A DNA stretch of 64,000 nucleotides, taken from contig DAOVKJ010000001.1 in NCBI GenBank assembly GCA_030631845.1, forward strand, positions 480 through 64,479, given 5' to 3'. Both the position numbers and the translations under genes were made by a program. Of this stretch, positions 55,297 to 64,000 are shown piece after piece. Positions within the stretch are counted from its first letter, which is position 1, and each line of letters opens with the position of its first letter. The DNA is from Bacteroidota bacterium (GTDB taxonomy: Bacteria > Bacteroidota > Bacteroidia > Bacteroidales > GCA-2748055). The notes beneath the pieces were generated by a model that ran no database searches, was not told the DNA's origin, and saw only the letters and a list, made by a program, of their open reading frames with translations.

Positions 55297-56075
55297 TCTC
55301 CCAAAGATAAGAGTTTCACCTCTAACTTCCCCCTGATACCTATCTGGTTCTCTACGATGATGGCACATCCCAGGATTTCAGCTATGCCTGCTACAGATTC
55401 AAGCTCACGCTCCATATCGTCCGCACTCTGAACCCGGTTGGCAATGGCTGTGGCCCATGAATCGGCCAGAGGCGCCGATGAGGAAATCACTGTAACTGCA
55501 TCTGCCTGGCCCTTGCTGAACGAATGACCCATTGTTCCTGAAGAGGTGCAGATCCCCCACTCTCCAGGGGGTACCACAAAGGCCATCTTATCGGAGAGCG
55601 ACGATGCTCCTGCATGGATCACAGAGACCAGATCGATCTTATTTCGCAGGTAGAGATCCCCTCCATTCTCAACAGCCACCTCCATCTCTCCAAAAGAGGC
55701 CACTATCTCTCTTCCCACCTGTTGGGCAAACAATCCGGCTACAGCTGCCATGGGACCAGTCCCGGTTTTTTGTCCACATGAAATCATGGTCAGAACCTCT
55801 TCGGCCTCCTCTCCCTCTAAGCTGAAAGCACCTCCCGAGGGTGGTGTCAACAGATCTATGGGATCGAGTGATGGTATAAACCTGGGGTCTCTTTTTGAAT
55901 AATCGAGAAGAATATTTCTGAGCCTGACCAACTCCCCCTCAACACACCTCTCTATCCCAGGATGAAAGCAGTTGTGCGGTACACCCACCATCAGGTCCGA
56001 TTCATGGTGCATCACATGAAAGAACCGGAATTGCTCCCGGTTCATCTCTCTCCTGTATAACCTGGGCTCGTACAA
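55293..56075 (-). CDS. UPF0280 (COG2122, ApbE-like) family protein
   Basis: 260 aa. The call rests on size, position next to the COG1900/NIL-ferredoxin genes, and sequence style. It is less certain than its neighbours. Confidence 0.55.
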   Translation of the reverse strand: MYEPRLYRREMNREQFRFFHVMHHESDLMVGVPHNCFHPGIERCVEGELVRLRNILLDYSKRDPRFIPSLDPIDLLTPPSGGAFSLEGEEAEEVLTMISCGQKTGTGPMAAVAGLFAQQVGREIVASFGEMEVAVENGGDLYLRNKIDLVSVIHAGASSLSDKMAFVVPPGEWGICTSSGTMGHSFSKGQADAVTVISSSAPLADSWATAIANRVQSADDMERELESVAGIAEILGCAIIVENQIGIRGKLEVKLLSLGE

Positions 56076-56498
56076 TCAGTTTACTCCAAAATTTAGTTCA
56101 AAGAGTTGAAGGGGACAAGCTTTGATACAGAGTTCACAGGCCACGCAATTCTCCGGTGAGAAGCGCAGCTCCCTCGATTCGGTATCCATTATCAGTGCTC
56201 CCGGAAAACAGACCGAAGCACACGCTCCACAATGGATACACTCCGACTGGTTAAAGAGAATGGTTTTTATAATAGGCGAGATCTCCACACTCTTGCCTTT
56301 AAGGTATCTCATGGCTCCATCCACAGAATCTTTTTCACCTGAGATCTCAACCAGCAGGTTCCCTTCTCTTCCGGGGGTAATATCAGCATTCAGGATATTG
56401 ATCATTACATCATACTCTTTGATCAATGTATAGGTGATGGGCTCATCGACCGTGCCGACAGGAAACCTGAGTACCAATCTTTGCTTTTTTCTGGCCAT
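56076..56498 (-). CDS. NIL-domain protein fused to a 2x[4Fe-4S] ferredoxin
   Basis: The NIL-like N-terminus reads ITYTLIKEYDVMINILNADI...GNLLVEISG. Two Cys clusters follow: CIHCGACASVC and CVACELCIKACP. Confidence 0.85.
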   Translation of the reverse strand: MARKKQRLVLRFPVGTVDEPITYTLIKEYDVMINILNADITPGREGNLLVEISGEKDSVDGAMRYLKGKSVEISPIIKTILFNQSECIHCGACASVCFPGALIMDTESRELRFSPENCVACELCIKACPLQLFELNFGVN

Positions 56499-56510
56499 AA
56501 TGTTCTGTTA

Positions 56511-57653
56511 TTACCTGATATCCAGAGAATTTAACCCTTTGTTTTTTGGAAACACCTCTACGGGCTCAGTAAGAAGGAATATACCTTCACTGATCTGTTT
56601 TTTCAAAATGTCTGCAATTTTCCGCGCCTGAAAAATACTGGAGAGTGAGGCGGTTTTAATCTTTTTTTGATTTAACTCAATCTCCCCACTCATCAACTCT
56701 CTGTAGTTGGTCCTGCCCAGTTCGGGATGATCAGGATCGCCATAATCAAGGATCCTGGTGGTAATCTGTTCATTTCGAATCATCAATCGTGCAGCCATCT
56801 CCTCATCCAACACAGGGATGGGTACGCCTATTCCCACAAACATTGAAACTCCGTATTTCTCATAATAGGCGGCTTTGATAAATTCAGGACTCATCTTTGA
56901 AGCATCCCCAATTACCGCCAGAGTGGCTGCATTTGATACCGGCACACCATGTTCATTCAGTTCAGCATCGGTTTTGAATTGTGTTCCGTACCAGCTGATA
57001 TAACCGGTGGTCCCTCCCAGGAAGATGCGGGTACCCATTCCGATGGTACGCATATCGGGGTCGTTCAGCAAAGGACTCAGTTCGCCCGAGGTACTGAAAT
57101 TGGCATTTCCCAATCGGGGAAGCAGACTCCCCATATAGGTATATTTGATTCGGTTGGAAGTGTTGACAGCCACCGGGTAGTTCTGGTATGCATTACGTGG
57201 ATTAAACATTATCATCTCGTTGATATTCTCCCGGTTGATGGTTGTTTTTATATCCTTCAGCGGGTAGCAATCGGTTCCCTTGGCATGCGCCTCCAGCTCC
57301 ACATCCTCTCCTGCAATCAGCTCCTCAATAATATGGGCACCTCCATAAGCCGGATTCTCAGGATGATTCTCTGTAGCCCCAATATAGAGATCCACTGCAG
57401 CAATTCCTGTGAATACAGGAACCCCGTTCAGGGTGGCCCGCTCCATACGAATAGGCGGATTGGCGTGACCGGTATTGATAAACATACCGGACGAACACAT
57501 GGGGCCAAATGTGGCGGTTGTAACCACATCAACCTTCTCTGCCACCTCCGCAGGAGAGTGATCTTTCCCCATCGCAGCCACCTCTTCGGCGGTTAATACA
57601 ACAGCCTTTCCTCTCCTGATTTTCTCATTTATCTCCTGGAAACTCCTCTTCAT
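56511..57653 (-). CDS. Homocysteine biosynthesis protein, COG1900 / DUF39 family
   Basis: 380 aa. The N-terminus is SFQEINEKIRRGKAVVLTAEEV. The overall DUF39 pattern is present, and a NIL-ferredoxin gene lies immediately downstream. Confidence 0.8.
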   Translation of the reverse strand: MKRSFQEINEKIRRGKAVVLTAEEVAAMGKDHSPAEVAEKVDVVTTATFGPMCSSGMFINTGHANPPIRMERATLNGVPVFTGIAAVDLYIGATENHPENPAYGGAHIIEELIAGEDVELEAHAKGTDCYPLKDIKTTINRENINEMIMFNPRNAYQNYPVAVNTSNRIKYTYMGSLLPRLGNANFSTSGELSPLLNDPDMRTIGMGTRIFLGGTTGYISWYGTQFKTDAELNEHGVPVSNAATLAVIGDASKMSPEFIKAAYYEKYGVSMFVGIGVPIPVLDEEMAARLMIRNEQITTRILDYGDPDHPELGRTNYRELMSGEIELNQKKIKTASLSSIFQARKIADILKKQISEGIFLLTEPVEVFPKNKGLNSLDIR

Positions 57654-57667
57654 GAAATGATCTCTTT

Positions 57668-58552
57668 TCAGATTGATTCAAAATCGCGTGCCATTATCCA
57701 CCCTTCACGCCCATCAATAACTTTGATATTCTGCCAGCCAGAAACCTCTTCATTGACCTCAATTTTAGTCCCTTCATGTAAAATAAAAAGCTCCGTTCCA
57801 CTTTCGCTGGGCGAACTGCGAACTACCACGGATGGTGAGAGGATAATGCCTGCATCCGGATTGATAATATCCCTGTGCCTGGATATTGAAGATGAGAATG
57901 TAATTACAAATAGCACCAGGGCAACAAGAGCACTAATGAAACCTGTCTTCCTGATAACAATATTCCTGGAAAAAAGGTAGATCAGTAGACCGGTAAGGAT
58001 GATTATAAAAAAGATCAGTGCCAGGATGCTCCAGGTTTGCTCAGGAAAGAGCTGGATAAACCATCTGATCCAGGCACCTATAAACAACACTGGCACCTCC
58101 TCGAAAGCATCGAGACGATAACGTGAAACAAAATCCAGGTTATGAATAGCATCTTCGTGAGCGGGCTCCAGTTTAAGGGCTTTCTCATAATAGAGAATGG
58201 CATGACCTATACTGTTGGAGCGGTATGCCGCATTGCCCATATTATAATAGAGATCGGCAGATTCAGAACCACTTAAAATCACTGCATTGTACCCCTCCAG
58301 TGCTGGTTCATAATCACCCTGCTGGTAAAGCTTGTTGGCATTTAGAAACAGTGAGTCAATATCTACATTATCCAGATTAATCCCAGGTAAATCAGTTTCA
58401 AGCAAATCAGTTCTAACTAATTCACTCTCAAGTAAATCAGTCCCAATTATATCATTACTTCCCAATTTATCTCCGGTCAGATCGTCTCCTGATGCTGGCA
58501 GGAAGGTTGTCCAGATAAGAGATAAGATCAAAAATATGGATGCTCGCTTCAT
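57668..58552 (-). CDS. batE: BatE-like aerotolerance protein (TPR, TM helices, C-terminal SH3b-like domain)
   Basis: This is the last gene of the Bat cluster. It has TPR-like repeats (YQQGDYEPALEGY..., YYNMGNAAYR...), TM helices, and a C-terminus reading GWQNIKVIDGREGWI. Confidence 0.75.
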   Translation of the reverse strand: MKRASIFLILSLIWTTFLPASGDDLTGDKLGSNDIIGTDLLESELVRTDLLETDLPGINLDNVDIDSLFLNANKLYQQGDYEPALEGYNAVILSGSESADLYYNMGNAAYRSNSIGHAILYYEKALKLEPAHEDAIHNLDFVSRYRLDAFEEVPVLFIGAWIRWFIQLFPEQTWSILALIFFIIILTGLLIYLFSRNIVIRKTGFISALVALVLFVITFSSSISRHRDIINPDAGIILSPSVVVRSSPSESGTELFILHEGTKIEVNEEVSGWQNIKVIDGREGWIMARDFESI

Positions 58553-60393
58553 TTCAGACAGTTTTCAAGGTTCCTGATTAGTTGTGCAGCATCGCTGTAG
58601 AGTCTGTTCATATCGCTTCTTTCAGAAGTAGGCGCAAACCTGGAAAACTCGCTCTCCTCCAGGATTCTGAGCAGCTCACTTCGCTGCTCCTCCGGAACCT
58701 TCCGTTTCTCCATCTGTTCTAAAACCACCTCTCTTGAGAGTCCGGATGTTTCTATATTCATTTTATGAGAGAGGTATCCCCATATGGCTTTCCCGATCTC
58801 TTCATAGAATCTATCCGGATCACCTGATTTTTTGAAGCGGTCCGCCTTTTTCAACCTGGCACGAGCCGATCTGCCAGCTTTTCGATTACGAACCAGTGTC
58901 AGATCGGCATTTCTCCTGGCCAACACGCTGATTAAAACAGTCAGCACAAGTGTAAGCAGAAGGGCAACCGGATAGAACCACCTGTACCAGGTTCTCCCAA
59001 ATAGAGAGCTTTCAACAGTACTGAAGACCGGGGAGAGCCGGGATATATCCCTGATATCAGTTCCCAGATCCCTTACACTTTCATGCACCATACCCGGCAC
59101 ATAAACACCACCTGAAGTATCATCATTTTCACCCTTAACCACTGTGAAGTTGAACTCATCGGTTACCGCTGTTTTGTATGAACCTGCTTTCGGATCGAAC
59201 CATGCAAATTGTACCGGGGCAATTCTGAAACGTCCGGCATGCCTGGCGATAATCGGATATTCAAAAGTAACCGACCCGGAAATCCGGTTACCTGATGTGC
59301 TGGTATGAAGAGAGCGCGTTACATCATAAAGGTCATGGTCGGGTGGCAGGTTTACCTCAGGTTCACCCAATAGGGGAATATTACCTGTTCCACTTATGGT
59401 AATTTTCAGGCTAAGAGCTTCATTCACCCCTATTTCATTGGAAGAGAGCGCCGCTTTCATATGGAACTCGCCAACCGCCCCAGTAAAACCCACCGGCGCT
59501 CCCGAAGGAAGAGGCTTCACATGGATGATCACCGGAAGTGTGGCCAGGGTGACCGGTACATCCTGGAAACCGCTGAAGAATGGATCGTCAAAGAAGTTGT
59601 CAATTGGATTGTTGCTTCTCTGTCGCTCTACCCTTTGTTGAACCATCCATTCAGATTTGTATGGTGCAATCTCCAGATCGCCCGACTTTTGAGGGATTAG
59701 AATATGTCGCTGGATCATCTGGGTAACATAGGATTGTCCGTTGATCTCCTGTTGCTTTGCGTTGGTATCCGGATCGAGACTTTTCTTATAGAAACCTTCA
59801 TATGGCAGATCCCTGGCTGATGAACCAGGTCGGGTATTCACCCTGGTGTAAACTTTTAACCCGGAGACAAACTGCTCCCCCACCCAGACCTCCTTTTTTG
59901 AAGGGATCACCCTCAGGAAAACAGGATCCTCTGCAGATGAGCTCATCACAGTTCCATCGTCCGAACCTTCCTGGCTTCCTCTACCGGAACCACCCTGTGC
60001 TGCACCCGGTCCACCCGAATTGACAACAAGCTCCACCTCATTGGTTGTATACTCTTTTCTGCCCACTTTAACGGTGGTTGCAGGAATGATAAAGGTGCCC
60101 TCGGTAACAGCCCTGAAAACATAGGTATAAGAGACCAGTGTCTTCTGAGTCATCTTCCCGTTGATCCATTGTGAATGAGACGAGTAAGACGAATATGGTC
60201 CGCCGAGAAGTTGAAAATCGTCCATGGAAGGAATCCTTACATTGCCACGTTCCGATCCCTCCACCATATACTGAAACTGCTCCCCTACCCTCACCACCGA
60301 TGGTGCAGATGCAGTAAAAACCACATCCTGACCATTCAGCAACATGCTGAAAATAATGAGTCCTGTAACCGATGCAAGTAACTTTTTACCCAT
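58549..60393 (-). CDS. batD: BatD-like aerotolerance protein
   Basis: 614 aa. A signal peptide and large beta-rich ectodomains are followed by a late TM helix and a cytoplasmic tail. The gene sits between batC and batE. Confidence 0.75.
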   Translation of the reverse strand: MGKKLLASVTGLIIFSMLLNGQDVVFTASAPSVVRVGEQFQYMVEGSERGNVRIPSMDDFQLLGGPYSSYSSHSQWINGKMTQKTLVSYTYVFRAVTEGTFIIPATTVKVGRKEYTTNEVELVVNSGGPGAAQGGSGRGSQEGSDDGTVMSSSAEDPVFLRVIPSKKEVWVGEQFVSGLKVYTRVNTRPGSSARDLPYEGFYKKSLDPDTNAKQQEINGQSYVTQMIQRHILIPQKSGDLEIAPYKSEWMVQQRVERQRSNNPIDNFFDDPFFSGFQDVPVTLATLPVIIHVKPLPSGAPVGFTGAVGEFHMKAALSSNEIGVNEALSLKITISGTGNIPLLGEPEVNLPPDHDLYDVTRSLHTSTSGNRISGSVTFEYPIIARHAGRFRIAPVQFAWFDPKAGSYKTAVTDEFNFTVVKGENDDTSGGVYVPGMVHESVRDLGTDIRDISRLSPVFSTVESSLFGRTWYRWFYPVALLLTLVLTVLISVLARRNADLTLVRNRKAGRSARARLKKADRFKKSGDPDRFYEEIGKAIWGYLSHKMNIETSGLSREVVLEQMEKRKVPEEQRSELLRILEESEFSRFAPTSERSDMNRLYSDAAQLIRNLENCLK

Positions 60394-60402
60394 GGTCCGA
60401 AA

Positions 60403-61122
60403 TTACCAATCCTTTTCTGTTTTCACCTTGGCTGCTGCCGCTTTTTTCTTATCCACCTTCTCCTTGACATCTTTCTCCTGCTGTTGTATGGCTTTCAGCA
60501 TACGCTCCGCATCCGCTTTCGATATCTCCTGGGGAACAGGCTGTTGTTGCTGTTCCTGCTCCTGGTCCTGATTCTTATCCTGATCCTGCTGCTCCTGGTC
60601 CTGCTGCTGCTGATTTTTCTCCTGATTCTGCTGGCCCTTCTCCTTATCTTGCTTTTGATTCCCCTGGTTCTGCTGTTGCTCTTTTAGCTTCTGTTTCGCA
60701 TAGGCCAGGTTATACCTGGTATCCTGGTCGGACGGATTTTTCCGCAGGCTGTTCTTATAAGCTTCAATACTTGGAGCATACTGCTGAGCCTCCAGCAAGC
60801 TGTTCCCAATATTGTGCCATATTTGGGCTGTTTTTTCAGCTTCATCTGTCTGCTCGAGTAGTGACTCGTACTGTTTAACAGTCTCCTCATATTTCTTCTG
60901 ACCATAAAGAGCGGTACCGGTATTAAACTCTGCTATGTACGACTCCTGGTTAATATTCTCAGCTTTCCGAAACTGAACTTCGGCTTCTTCAAACTCGCCG
61001 TCTCCGTATGCCCTGACGCCATCCCGGATCACCTTTCGCTCATTTTGTCCATAAGCATGGATGACTACCATAAGCACCAATAGTGTCAGACCTGATCTCT
61101 TTATCATCCCTCTGTTAATCAT
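60403..61122 (-). CDS. batC: BatC-like TPR protein with a Q/E/D/K-rich low-complexity tail
   Basis: A signal/TM segment and TPR repeats are followed by QQQNQGNQKQDKEKGQQNQEKNQQQQDQEQQDQDKNQDQEQEQQQQ. Confidence 0.75.
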   Translation of the reverse strand: MINRGMIKRSGLTLLVLMVVIHAYGQNERKVIRDGVRAYGDGEFEEAEVQFRKAENINQESYIAEFNTGTALYGQKKYEETVKQYESLLEQTDEAEKTAQIWHNIGNSLLEAQQYAPSIEAYKNSLRKNPSDQDTRYNLAYAKQKLKEQQQNQGNQKQDKEKGQQNQEKNQQQQDQEQQDQDKNQDQEQEQQQQPVPQEISKADAERMLKAIQQQEKDVKEKVDKKKAAAAKVKTEKDW

Positions 61123-62158
61123 CTGTTTTAAATAGGTTCAGGCGCAGCAACAGCCGGTTCTTCCTTGAGCGAAGAAAGAATTCAACCACAAGGAACAGAA
61201 GCGCGAAACCGGCAAAGTACTGGAACCGCTCGGCAAATTCGGCAAACACACGGGTTTTGAGTTCGGCCCGTTCCAGCTTATCCAGTTCATCAATCAGACT
61301 GTTGATCCGGTCGCCCTGGATGTAAGCTCCCCTGCCCTCTGCAGCCACCTCCTTCAATAATTTTTCATTTAGTTTACTGACCACCACATTACCGTCACGA
61401 TCCCTTCTTGTAGCACTACTACCGGGAGAAAGGGGTATCGGAACCCCATTGGGATCTCCCAACCCAACAGTATACACCTTAATACCCTGCTCTGCTGCGC
61501 GGGAAGCTTCTCCAACGGCATCATCCTCATGATTCTCTCCGTCGGTAATCACAACGATGGCCTGGCTGGGAACACTCTCCCCGGCCAAACGCTCCTTCTC
61601 TTTATTGGAGAATGAACGGACTGCCAGATGAATGGCCGAACCAATAGCGGTCCCCTGTTTTGACACCATTTCGGGACCTGCACCTGAGAGAAACATCTTT
61701 ACACTGGGATAATCATCAGTAATGGGAATTTGAGTATAGGCATCCCCGGCAAATACAATCAAGCCGATCTTATCATTGGACATCCGGTCGACCATCCGGT
61801 TGATCAGCTGCTTGGAACGCTCTAGCCTGGAAGGTTTTATATCTTCGGCCAGCATACTGTTAGAAACATCCAGTGCTATAATAATCTCCCTTCCCTTATG
61901 CTCCACCTCCTGGAGTCTGGATCCTATCCTGGGTCCGGATGCAGCAATAATGAGCAGCACAGTACCCGTAAACAGAAGCATAAATTTCCAATGCAGGGCC
62001 CAACCGGAGGCTTCCGGCATCAACTCTTCAAGCAGTTCACTGTCGCCCAGCTTAACCAGCGACTGTTTGCGGTGCCTCCAATAGAGTATATATCCAACAA
62101 TCATCAGTCCCGCGGCCAGCAAGAACCATAATATCTCCTTATGTGCAAACTGGATCAT
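61115..62158 (-). CDS. batB: BatB-like von Willebrand factor A (VWA) membrane protein
   Basis: The MIDAS motif is LDVSNSM. There are N-terminal TM helices and a C-terminal TM helix. Confidence 0.85.
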   Translation of the reverse strand: MIQFAHKEILWFLLAAGLMIVGYILYWRHRKQSLVKLGDSELLEELMPEASGWALHWKFMLLFTGTVLLIIAASGPRIGSRLQEVEHKGREIIIALDVSNSMLAEDIKPSRLERSKQLINRMVDRMSNDKIGLIVFAGDAYTQIPITDDYPSVKMFLSGAGPEMVSKQGTAIGSAIHLAVRSFSNKEKERLAGESVPSQAIVVITDGENHEDDAVGEASRAAEQGIKVYTVGLGDPNGVPIPLSPGSSATRRDRDGNVVVSKLNEKLLKEVAAEGRGAYIQGDRINSLIDELDKLERAELKTRVFAEFAERFQYFAGFALLFLVVEFFLRSRKNRLLLRLNLFKTDD

Positions 62159-62160
62159 TG

Positions 62161-63159
62161 CTAGGGAATTGTTCTGAATAAGGTGTATCTGAGGAGTACT
62201 TCAACCAGCAGAATAATCATGGCTGCCAGCAGGAAAGGGAAATACTCCTCCTTTTTCTTACTAAAATGTTTTACATCCAGTCTGGTCTTCTCCAGCTGAT
62301 CAATCTCCTGGTATATTTCTCGTAGCTTGTTGTTATCTGTGGCCCTGAAATAGGTTCCCCCGGTGGTTTCCGCAATTTGCTGTAACACCTCTTCATCAAT
62401 CTCAACCGGCATGTCCCTGGTGACGGTCCTCCCAAACATATCCTGTACAGGAATGGGTGCATTCCCCTTGGAACCCACACCAATGGTATAGACCCTGATT
62501 TCAAAACCTGCAGCAATCTCCGCAGCTGTTACAGGTCCCACATCTCCCCTGTTATTAACTCCATCGGTGAGAAGAATAATAACCCTGCTTTTCGCTTTAC
62601 TCTCTCTGATGCGGTTTACTGCTGTTGCCAGTCCCATTCCTATGGCCGTTCCATCTTCAATCACTCCAAAATTAATCTCCTTCAGAAAGTTAACCACTAC
62701 AGCCCTGTCGGTGGTCATGGGGCATTGGGTAAAACTCTCACCGGCAAATACCACCAGTCCAAACCGGTCATCCTGTCTGGCATTCACAAATTCAATCCCC
62801 ACATTTTTAGAAGCCTCCAGCCTGTTGGGTCTGAAATCCATGGCACGCATACTTCCCGACACATCCATACAGAGAACAATATCTATCCCTTCGGTGGTTA
62901 CCTGTTCCCACTGGTTGGACGATTGTGGCCTTGCAAGCACTACGACAATCAATGTAACCACAGCCATTCGAAGCAGAGCCAACAGATGTCGCAGCCAGAC
63001 CTTAGATGATCTAATCCGTTCATCAAGGTTCTCAAACCCGGATAACTTCATGGGAGCAGTTCCTTTTCTTCCCCTCCAGAGATACCATGCCGTCATTAAA
63101 GGAATCAGCAACAGGGCATAAAAGAAAGCCGGATATGCAAATTCAATGTTACTCATCAC
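62161..63159 (-). CDS. batA: BatA-like von Willebrand factor A (VWA) membrane protein
   Basis: The MIDAS motif is MDVSGSM. There are N-terminal TM helices and a C-terminal TM helix. Confidence 0.85.
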   Translation of the reverse strand: MMSNIEFAYPAFFYALLLIPLMTAWYLWRGRKGTAPMKLSGFENLDERIRSSKVWLRHLLALLRMAVVTLIVVVLARPQSSNQWEQVTTEGIDIVLCMDVSGSMRAMDFRPNRLEASKNVGIEFVNARQDDRFGLVVFAGESFTQCPMTTDRAVVVNFLKEINFGVIEDGTAIGMGLATAVNRIRESKAKSRVIILLTDGVNNRGDVGPVTAAEIAAGFEIRVYTIGVGSKGNAPIPVQDMFGRTVTRDMPVEIDEEVLQQIAETTGGTYFRATDNNKLREIYQEIDQLEKTRLDVKHFSKKKEEYFPFLLAAMIILLVEVLLRYTLFRTIP

Positions 63160-64000
63160 CTGCCTCCTTCTTTTCTTCCAAACGATAGAACAGCGGATAG
63201 GTCTTCTGTACGAAAATGTAGGCGTTGTTCAGATTGGTCTGATTGTCGACCGGCAATGGATCCTCCCTGGCAAATTTAACCAGATCGGCAAGCTCAAGCA
63301 GCTCCCTCAGCATCTCATCGAGCAGGTTATCTTCCTGATTGGCCGTTCTGAATGCATGGAGAATCTCTTCTGTGGTACTCTCCATGGCCGGTATGTCGTA
63401 TTGCCGCTCGATATAGCGTCTTGTAATTTCAGTCAGACTGATATAGTATTGTTTCACCTTACCTTTTGTCCAGATTTTCTCATTTTTGAGTCTGTCCAGC
63501 TCCCTGAACGCAATCACATGAGCAGGTTCCAGGGGTTTTAGGGAGTGCCCCTCCGGATCTCTCTTTCGTTTCAGAAACCTCACCAGTAACCATACCACCA
63601 CTCCTGCAATCAGCAATCCGCCCAATCCGGCTCCTGCCCAGGGAAGCACCTCCATAAAAGTGACAGGGGTATTGATGGGGGGCTTGATGGGTTTGATCTG
63701 CTGGGTGGTATCCACCGCCGGCTCATACACATTGATAATCAGGGGCATGCTTCTAGCAGTATCGACCACACCTCCTCTGTTGTAGATCACCTCCTGCGAA
63801 GGTACGATCTGCGATCCCGATTCGAACACTGTAATGATATAGCTCTGCTCAACCACTCTCCTCTTTTCTGAAACAGTGGTATCTGAGGAGAGCTGAGACA
63901 GCACCTCCAAGGTATTGCTCAGTGTATCTTTGATATGAGGCAACATAAACTCCACCTCACGGTCAGCATCGACCCGAAGTGTAAAGTGTATCTGGTCGCC
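63149..64000 (-). CDS. Bat-operon-associated single-TM membrane protein, 5' end outside the window
   Basis: The reading frame stays open to the window edge (...GDQIHFTLRVDADREVEFMLPH...), so the track's start at 63955 is an artefact. The TM helix is GLGGLLIAGVVVWLLV. It overlaps the batA start by 11 nt. Confidence 0.6.
   Translation of the reverse strand, partial: GDQIHFTLRVDADREVEFMLPHIKDTLSNTLEVLSQLSSDTTVSEKRRVVEQSYIITVFESGSQIVPSQEVIYNRGGVVDTARSMPLIINVYEPAVDTTQQIKPIKPPINTPVTFMEVLPWAGAGLGGLLIAGVVVWLLVRFLKRKRDPEGHSLKPLEPAHVIAFRELDRLKNEKIWTKGKVKQYYISLTEITRRYIERQYDIPAMESTTEEILHAFRTANQEDNLLDEMLRELLELADLVKFAREDPLPVDNQTNLNNAYIFVQKTYPLFYRLEEKKEAGDE

Overview
The window looks like a Bacteroidota chromosomal segment. 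Supporting signs are the BatA-E aerotolerance operon, a TonB-dependent receptor paired with DUF4249, TAnnTTTG-type promoter boxes and many lipoproteins. I call about 55 protein genes, almost all housekeeping or accessory metabolism. I saw no tRNA, rRNA, CRISPR array, transposase or integrase. Two RNA genes are missing from the ORF track. One is a clear type-A RNase P RNA (rnpB) at about 38322..38653 on the minus strand. The other is an unidentified structured RNA candidate of about 430 nt at about 20885..21310 on the minus strand. That candidate has its own Bacteroidota-type promoter, two C(UUCG)G tetraloop hairpins, a GNRA hairpin, a possible pseudoknot and a terminal hairpin followed by a U-rich tail. 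It lies in a 900-bp ORF-free gap directly downstream of an SRAP (YedK-like) gene. The surrounding genes form a damage-tolerance island: a LexA-like XRE-S24 repressor transcribed divergently from dinB and a dnaE2-type polymerase. This RNA is my top candidate for something undescribed. Other notable loci are: a translationally coupled AmmeMemoRadiSam triad; a four-gene operon of CotH, beta-helix, DUF2490 and CotH, three of them lipoproteins; a methanogen-type homocysteine cluster (COG1900, NIL-ferredoxin, UPF0280) wedged between the Bat operon and cstA; an orphan 308-aa protein with two Rossmann-like halves; a secreted basic tandem-repeat protein; and a BlaI/BlaR1 pair with two operator dyads. 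All calls rest on motif reading of the supplied translations and DNA. No database search or folding program was run.
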